This document shows positions 58,652 through 64,000 of a stretch of DNA of 64,000 nt, piece by piece. Every line of letters begins with the position of its first letter. The first letter of the stretch is position 1. Location: positions 24,985 through 88,984 of the forward strand of contig JBBTTA010000003.1 in assembly GCA_038064475.1 (NCBI GenBank), written 5' to 3'. The position numbers and the translations under genes are program-made. Under the pieces are notes generated by a model. The model saw only the letters and a list, made by a program, of their open reading frames with translations, searched no databases and was not told the origin of the DNA. Origin of the DNA: Patescibacteria group bacterium (GTDB lineage: Bacteria; Patescibacteriota; Minisyncoccia; Phycocordibacterales; EsbW-18).

Positions 58652-59128
58652 TTAGCGAGAATGAGAAACAAGTGCGGTAAGTGCCACTGCAATCGCATCA
58701 TATTCATCATCGCGCATTTTTTTATCGGGAATTTCAATAAGATGATGGAGCATTGCTGCGACATCTTCTTTTGATCCACGACCACTTCCTGCGACAGCAC
58801 TTTTTACTTGTTGTGGAGCAAATTCTTGTATCTGACAGTTTGCATTTTGTGCAACATACAAAAGAGCACCACGAACTTCAGCAACATGCATTGCTGTTTT
58901 TTGATTGTTACTGAAAAAAAGTGTTTCGAGTGCAATCACGTCGGGTGAAAATTGATCAATAACAGACACAATACGTTCAATGCCGGCATGAAGACGTTCT
59001 GCAAACGGAAGGTTCTTACCCGTTTCAAAACATTCTGAATGGAGGAGGGCATGTGTTTCTCGAGTACCTTCAAGAATTGCGATACCAAGTCTGTCGTATC
59101 CGGGATCTATACCAAGGACTCGAATCAT
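58652..59128 (-). CDS. ruvC: Holliday junction resolvase
   Basis: LGIDPG, ALETLFF, VAEVRG, QVKSAV.G.G...K, DDEYDAIAVA. Confidence 0.95.
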   Translation of the reverse strand: MIRVLGIDPGYDRLGIAILEGTRETHALLHSECFETGKNLPFAERLHAGIERIVSVIDQFSPDVIALETLFFSNNQKTAMHVAEVRGALLYVAQNANCQIQEFAPQQVKSAVAGSGRGSKEDVAAMLHHLIEIPDKKMRDDEYDAIAVALTALVSHSR

Positions 59129-59227
59129 AAAGAAATAACAGATAACAAAGAACAGATAACAAAAAACAAGGAACAAGACAGATTTTTCTGTTCTTTATTC
59201 TCTATTCTCTGTTTTTTGTTTTCTGTT
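59129..59227 (-). repeat. Inverted pair of heptamer arrays filling the yebC-ruvC spacer
   Basis: TAA-(AACAGAA-like)x6-AAATCTGT-(TTTGTTA/TCTGTTC-like)x6-TTTCTTT-ATG. Confidence 0.9.
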
Positions 59228-59755
59228 TTAGGCTGCATTGGTGTAGATGTCTTGAATATCGTCGTGGTCGTGAAGGTCTTCCATAAGTGCACCAAGCTTT
59301 TCTTCGTCATCTTCCGAAAGTGTAACGGTGTTGTTTGGTGTGTACCCACCCTCGGCGTTTTTAGTGAAGGCCCACATGACAGATCCTTGTGTACCAAGTG
59401 ATGTGTTGTGTTCTGACAAGAGATGTTTTATTTCTTGCACCGTACGATTGTTGTTGTCGGTGAGTCCGGTGATGATGAGGGCACAGCCTCCGGGTCCGTA
59501 TGCTTCATACAGTACTTTTTCATCTGCCTGTGCACCCATGGCGGACGCAACAGCACGTTCAATATTTTCTTTTGGCATGTATGCCGCTTTTGCGTTTTCA
59601 ATTGCAGCACGAAGCATGGGGGAGTTTATGTCGCCTTTTGCAAGACGAGCCTCAACACGAATAAGTTTTGCGTATTTGGTGAAAAGCTTACTACGTTTTG
59701 CATCAGTCGCACCCTTCTTTTCTTTAATTTGTTTCCACTTATTGTGACCTGCCAT
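59228..59755 (-). CDS. yebC: YebC/PmpR family protein (internally shortened)
   Basis: MAGHNKWKQIK.KK...DAKR, YEAYGPGG, TDNNNRT, DDIQDIYTN. Confidence 0.93.
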   Translation of the reverse strand: MAGHNKWKQIKEKKGATDAKRSKLFTKYAKLIRVEARLAKGDINSPMLRAAIENAKAAYMPKENIERAVASAMGAQADEKVLYEAYGPGGCALIITGLTDNNNRTVQEIKHLLSEHNTSLGTQGSVMWAFTKNAEGGYTPNNTVTLSEDDEEKLGALMEDLHDHDDIQDIYTNAA

Positions 59756-59941
59756 AAAAATGAGAATTAGGAATTAAGAATCATGAATCAAGGAAAATCC
59801 CATACCGTCATTCCGCCCTCTAGGCAGGTAAAGTATATCAAAATACACAAAAGGCGGAGAGGGCGGGGTTGCAAAAATATAGTCGTTTCACTCCTTATTT
59901 TTGGTAAGACGAAGGCCCGCTTGAGGCGGGCCCACTGAACA

Positions 59942-60295
59942 CTAGGAAGGTTTTAAAATTTTTCCTCGCATGTATCGCACGTGTTTGTGCAGGAAGCGTG
60001 CAACGACAACTCCCATGACGTTGCCACACACATAACCACCAAAAACTCCGAGAAGATAAACAAGCCAGTTTGTGTCCCGAATCGGACCAGGGTGGAACGC
60101 TGTTGCTGGGAAGATCGGAGCGATGAGGACAATCAGTGTGAAAAACATGCCAGAAATCTTTCTGATCCTGAGTTCGTCGATACAGACGGCGACGCTCGTT
60201 GCCAACACAGGCAACCAGAGATACTTGAGGGCAAGAAACAATCCCCACAAGATCCACTCTACGATGAACCAGCACGTCCCAGGCACGTCCTGCAT
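59942..60295 (-). CDS. Orphan multi-TM protein
   Basis: SD AAGGGGGT; three hydrophobic segments; downstream hairpin. Confidence 0.55.
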   Translation of the reverse strand: MQDVPGTCWFIVEWILWGLFLALKYLWLPVLATSVAVCIDELRIRKISGMFFTLIVLIAPIFPATAFHPGPIRDTNWLVYLLGVFGGYVCGNVMGVVVARFLHKHVRYMRGKILKPS

Positions 60296-60343
60296 ACTTA
60301 CCCCCTTAGGTGTGAAGAGAACACGTCCTACAGTATTGTACCA

Positions 60344-61363
60344 CTACAGAAGTGTTCCTTGATTCTTTCCACGTACATGTAACTTTCCTTTTTCAGTGAT
60401 TGCACGACCACGGGGTGTGCGCTCAAGAAAACCTAATTGCATCAAATAGGGTTCCAATACTTCCTCAATTGTTGCGATGTCTTCAGAAAGGGAAGCAGAG
60501 AGTGTTGAAAGTCCGGCAGGACCACCATTAAAGTTTTCAATCAACACCGACAAGAGTTTTCGATCTGCTGTTGTGAGACCAACATGATCCACTCCAAGCA
60601 AATCAAACGCTTTTAAGGCAACATCAAGCGACAAAGGCTCTTTCGTGACCTGTGCAAAATCACGCGCACGCTTCAACAGATGATTTGCGGTGCGCGGGGT
60701 GAAGCGACTGCGTCGTGCAATTTCCCTGAATGCATCTTCCGACGCCTCAATACCCAACAAATGTGCAGAACGTCGTACGATGTCAAGAATTTCATCTTCA
60801 GTATAAAAAGCCAAACGGAATGTGCCTCCAGAAAATCGTGAACGAAGCGGTGACGACAACATTGCAACGCGTGTTGTCGCTGCAACAAGTGTGAATGGAG
60901 GAAGTTCAAGTTGCACGGTGCGCGCTGACGGACCCTTACCGATGATGATGTCGAGTCGCCCCGACTCCATGGCAGGGTAGAGCACTTCTTCAATCGCGCG
61001 ATTCAAGCGATGAACCTCATCGATGAATAAAATATCACCAGGAGAAAGATTAGTGAGGAGTGCGGCGAGATCACCCACTTTTTCAATTGCAGGGCCTGAG
61101 GTCACCTTCATGGTGCCACCTAATTCTGTTGCAATAAGATGTGCGAGGGTTGTTTTTCCGAGTCCGGCAGGGCCGTAGAGAAGCACGTGCTCAGGTGATT
61201 GGCCGCGTTCTTTGGCAGCTGCAAGTAAAATACGGAGGTTTTCTTTTATGTGAGGCTGGCCAATATATTCTTCCCAAACATTGGGACGCAATGCGGCGTC
61301 TAACGATGTGTCAGATGATGAAAAAGGGGGAGTCTTGGGGGTGCGTGGCGAGGGTCTTGACAT
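60344..61363 (-). CDS. ruvB: Holliday junction branch migration ATPase
   Basis: LRP....YIGQ, GPAGLGKTTLA, FIDEVHRL, EEVLYPAME, RTPRGR. Confidence 0.97.
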   Translation of the reverse strand: MSRPSPRTPKTPPFSSSDTSLDAALRPNVWEEYIGQPHIKENLRILLAAAKERGQSPEHVLLYGPAGLGKTTLAHLIATELGGTMKVTSGPAIEKVGDLAALLTNLSPGDILFIDEVHRLNRAIEEVLYPAMESGRLDIIIGKGPSARTVQLELPPFTLVAATTRVAMLSSPLRSRFSGGTFRLAFYTEDEILDIVRRSAHLLGIEASEDAFREIARRSRFTPRTANHLLKRARDFAQVTKEPLSLDVALKAFDLLGVDHVGLTTADRKLLSVLIENFNGGPAGLSTLSASLSEDIATIEEVLEPYLMQLGFLERTPRGRAITEKGKLHVRGKNQGTLL

Positions 61364-61438
61364 ATAAACTGGAACATGCTAAGATGCTCCATAGCGTTTC
61401 CCAAGGATTGGAAGAGACAAGCGACGCAAAAAGCGCGC

Positions 61439-61608
61439 AGTGTCGTAGGTTCCAGGTGAGAAATCTCTAAGTGAACATCATGCCTTCCCGCATGCGTGTG
61501 GTCCGTGAGGATCTGTTGGTTTTCCCGATTTATCGAGAAAGCGAACAGTCTCCTTAACAGACGGCGCGGCTTTGCTTAGAGATTTCTACTCTGCGAACAA
61601 CTCACACT
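61439..61608 (-). ncRNA. Candidate 6S-like rod-shaped RNA
   Basis: Own promoter (TTGCAA...TATAGT); closing stem including AGAAATCTCTAAG/CTTAGAGATTTCT; central bubble; inner stem. Confidence 0.5.
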
Positions 61609-61693
61609 CCTCACTATACACCTTTCGAAATGTTTGCAAAGGGCTCCGCGCAATGCGGAGCCCTTTGTGTATCCTGTCAAACCTTCAAAATTT

Positions 61694-63373
61694 TTAATCA
61701 GTGATATCAATCACACGAATTACTTCTTCGAGAGATGTCTGTCCTTCCAAAATTTTTATGATGCCGTCTTGAGCCATCGTGAAGAATCCTTGCTCGGCGG
61801 AAACCTTCTTAATTTCGCGCTCACTTGGACTCATTTCAATCACGTCTTCGATTTTTGCATCCATAAATACGGCCTCAAATAAGCCCATACGGCCTTTGTA
61901 ACCCATACCACCACATGCAGGACACCCACCGCCAGACACCCACATATGATCGCGCTGAAGTCCTGTAATTTTTTCTTGTTTTGTTACTGTTTGAAGCACC
62001 GTATCAATTTGAATTTTTGTTTCTGCATCAATCGAAACTTCTTTTTTACATTTTTCACACAACTTACGCACAAGACGTTGTGCGAGTGCAACACTCACTG
62101 CAGAACCGAGCACGCGTGGATTAATTCCAAGATCAATCAATCGTGTGAATGCGCCCGCAGCAGAGTTGGTGTGCAATGTTGAGAACACCAAGTGTCCCGT
62201 AAGTGCGGCGTGAATTGCAATCTCTGCAGTTTCGTTATCACGAATTTCACCAACCATGATGACGTCAGGGTCTTGTCGAAGTGCCGCGCGAAGTCCTGAA
62301 GAAAATGTATATTCTTTTTCTGCATCAACTTGTGTTTGTACAACACCAGGAAGGTGGTACTCGATTGGGTCTTCAATTGTCAAAATTTTAATTTCTGGCG
62401 TGTGCACTTTGCGCAAAAAGGCGTAGAGGGTTGTCGTCTTACCAGATCCAGTCGGACCAGTGTTCAAAATAAGTCCATTTGGCTTTGCTATTTCTCGTAT
62501 AAGAACATCAAGGAGTTCTTTACGCATACCCAACACTTCAATAGATGCACTGATAGTGTCGGGGTTCAACACACGCATCACGATTGATTCGCCGTACTGT
62601 CCCGGAAGGATAGAGGTACGAATTTCAATATCTGCCTTACCCATGCGAATACTGAAACGACCATCCTGTGCTTCTTGTTGTACGTTCAACTTCAAACCGG
62701 AAAGCAATTTGATACGAGAAAGGAGAAGGCGATACGTTTCATGATCGAAGAAAATAACATCAGTCAAAATACCATCGAGACGCATACGCAAACGAACACT
62801 CGCTTCCTCTGGTTCGATATGGATGTCTGATGAATGTGTTGCAAGTGCACCTGCAACCAACACTTCAGCGATACGTGAGGTACGAAAGGCTTTTTTCAGT
62901 GTGAGTGTTTCTTCAATATGTTTTTTTACAGTCTCGATGTCATGTACATCAGCGACAAACTTTTCAATTTCGTCACTTGAAATATCGAGCATGCCGCGGC
63001 GGCTTGCTGTGGTTGATGCAAAGTCTTTGTATCGTTCCCATGCAAAGACAAGACTCTTTGTAGAGGTGAGAAAAACAGAAGGGGTAAAACCCTTATTTGT
63101 AAGGGCATCGAGCGCTTTTTGTGTTTCTGGATCGTTCGGAGAGTGAACGGCTACATCGAGTGCTTTTTCAGCAACATTAAACGCTGCAATGTGTGCTGCG
63201 CGCGCAACATCTTCATGAATGAGCACAAGGGCGTCGGGGCTAATTGAAATACTTGTCAGATCAACGTACGGAATACCGTACTTTTCCGACAACGTTTTCA
63301 TGACATCCTCTTCTTCTTGTTCGCGGAGTTGTTTATATTTTCGCTCCTGTTTTGATTCATTGAACTCGGGCAT
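61694..63373 (-). CDS. pilB: Type IV pilus/T2SS assembly ATPase (PilB/GspE)
   Basis: SDIHIEP, QDGRF, GPTGSGKTTTLY, EDPIEY, LRQDPD, TGHLVFSTLHTN, CxxC pairs. Confidence 0.92.
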   Translation of the reverse strand: MPEFNESKQERKYKQLREQEEEDVMKTLSEKYGIPYVDLTSISISPDALVLIHEDVARAAHIAAFNVAEKALDVAVHSPNDPETQKALDALTNKGFTPSVFLTSTKSLVFAWERYKDFASTTASRRGMLDISSDEIEKFVADVHDIETVKKHIEETLTLKKAFRTSRIAEVLVAGALATHSSDIHIEPEEASVRLRMRLDGILTDVIFFDHETYRLLLSRIKLLSGLKLNVQQEAQDGRFSIRMGKADIEIRTSILPGQYGESIVMRVLNPDTISASIEVLGMRKELLDVLIREIAKPNGLILNTGPTGSGKTTTLYAFLRKVHTPEIKILTIEDPIEYHLPGVVQTQVDAEKEYTFSSGLRAALRQDPDVIMVGEIRDNETAEIAIHAALTGHLVFSTLHTNSAAGAFTRLIDLGINPRVLGSAVSVALAQRLVRKLCEKCKKEVSIDAETKIQIDTVLQTVTKQEKITGLQRDHMWVSGGGCPACGGMGYKGRMGLFEAVFMDAKIEDVIEMSPSEREIKKVSAEQGFFTMAQDGIIKILEGQTSLEEVIRVIDITD

Positions 63374-63451
63374 ACTCGTTCTAGTGTACCACTTTGTGTA
63401 TGAAAAAGATGAAGCCGCAGGCGCGTGGCGCGCCTGCGGCGGTGAAGGGAA

Positions 63452-63688
63452 TCAGATGTTGTACTCGTGACAGATCGTCTCGAGTTTCCTCGCGAGTGCG
63501 GGGAGATTAGAGCGACCCATGGCACTGGCGAACTCCACATCATTCCGAGCGTTGAGGATGTTGGCGTATGCCCTGTGATTCCTAGCTCTTGCGATCTTTT
63601 GTAGGACACCCGTCGCGAGATCCAGAACCAGCTTGACGTGAAGGCCAGCGACATCGAGCCCCGGCGCCTGTCGTACCAGCGCTTCCAT
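63452..63688 (-). CDS. Orphan hypothetical protein
   Basis: SD AAAGGGGG; GC-rich; hairpin GCCGCAGGCGCG...CGCGCCTGCGGC downstream. Confidence 0.5.
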   Translation of the reverse strand: MEALVRQAPGLDVAGLHVKLVLDLATGVLQKIARARNHRAYANILNARNDVEFASAMGRSNLPALARKLETICHEYNI

Positions 63689-63799
63689 GAGACCCCCTTT
63701 CGGTTAGAACTGCGTTGTATGTAAAACAAGACCACCTACCGAAATTTGTACCATGTGCCGAAAGAGCGGTCAACATAATACGAGGTGTACAATATGTGG

Positions 63800-64000
63800 A
63801 TGACGACGGTTTCTATTACATCGCTTCCCGTGATGGATCAGTTTGCAAAAGATTTTTTGCTACGCATTTCTCCAACTGATACTGCGCGCGTCATTTGTTT
63901 ACAAGGGGACTTAGGTGCGGGTAAAACGGCATTTGTAAAAAGTATTGCGAAGGCATTTGGCATATCTGAGCACATCACAAGTCCGACGTTTGTTATTCAA
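63800..64000 (+). CDS. tsaE: tRNA threonylcarbamoyladenosine biosynthesis ATPase (runs off the right edge)
   Basis: VICLQGDLGAGKTAFVKSIA...ITSPTFVI. Confidence 0.9.
   Translation, partial: MTTVSITSLPVMDQFAKDFLLRISPTDTARVICLQGDLGAGKTAFVKSIAKAFGISEHITSPTFVIQ

Noticed and set aside
59228-59755. yebC and tig as pseudogenes because they are short
   Set aside because: Both ORFs are intact with conserved termini; clean domain loss fits genome streamlining

Overview
This 64 kb window is the origin-proximal chromosome of a Patescibacteria/CPR bacterium, Parcubacteria-like. That call is an inference from the streamlined housekeeping genes, the shortened YebC and trigger factor, starts without Shine-Dalgarno (SD) sites, and a chromosomal VirB4/PrgI/VirB6/pilin cluster. 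It holds rpmH-dnaA-oriC-dnaN, a parS cluster in and beside yraN, translation and repair genes, four tRNAs, competence genes and a T4SS-like locus. No CRISPR array, rRNA or transposase was seen. The most unusual signal is a dense layer of non-coding or coding-embedded DNA structure. (1) Polarised 7-bp tandem arrays follow stop codons and precede start codons, and flank a four-helix-bundle gene as inverted repeats, giving apparent full, empty and solo forms. (2) A PaaX/Cas2-like gene is bracketed by two covarying perfect palindromes. (3) A MITE-like CCCGTTAGA family has a 6-bp target duplication. (4) A 103-bp structured trailer is shared by two different tRNAs. (5) REP-like triloop hairpins occur, some translated inside proteins. 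(6) There is a 6S-like RNA candidate. (7) SD-bearing, GC3-rich orphan genes are scattered through an otherwise SD-less genome. All gene calls come from motif recognition by eye; no database searches were run.
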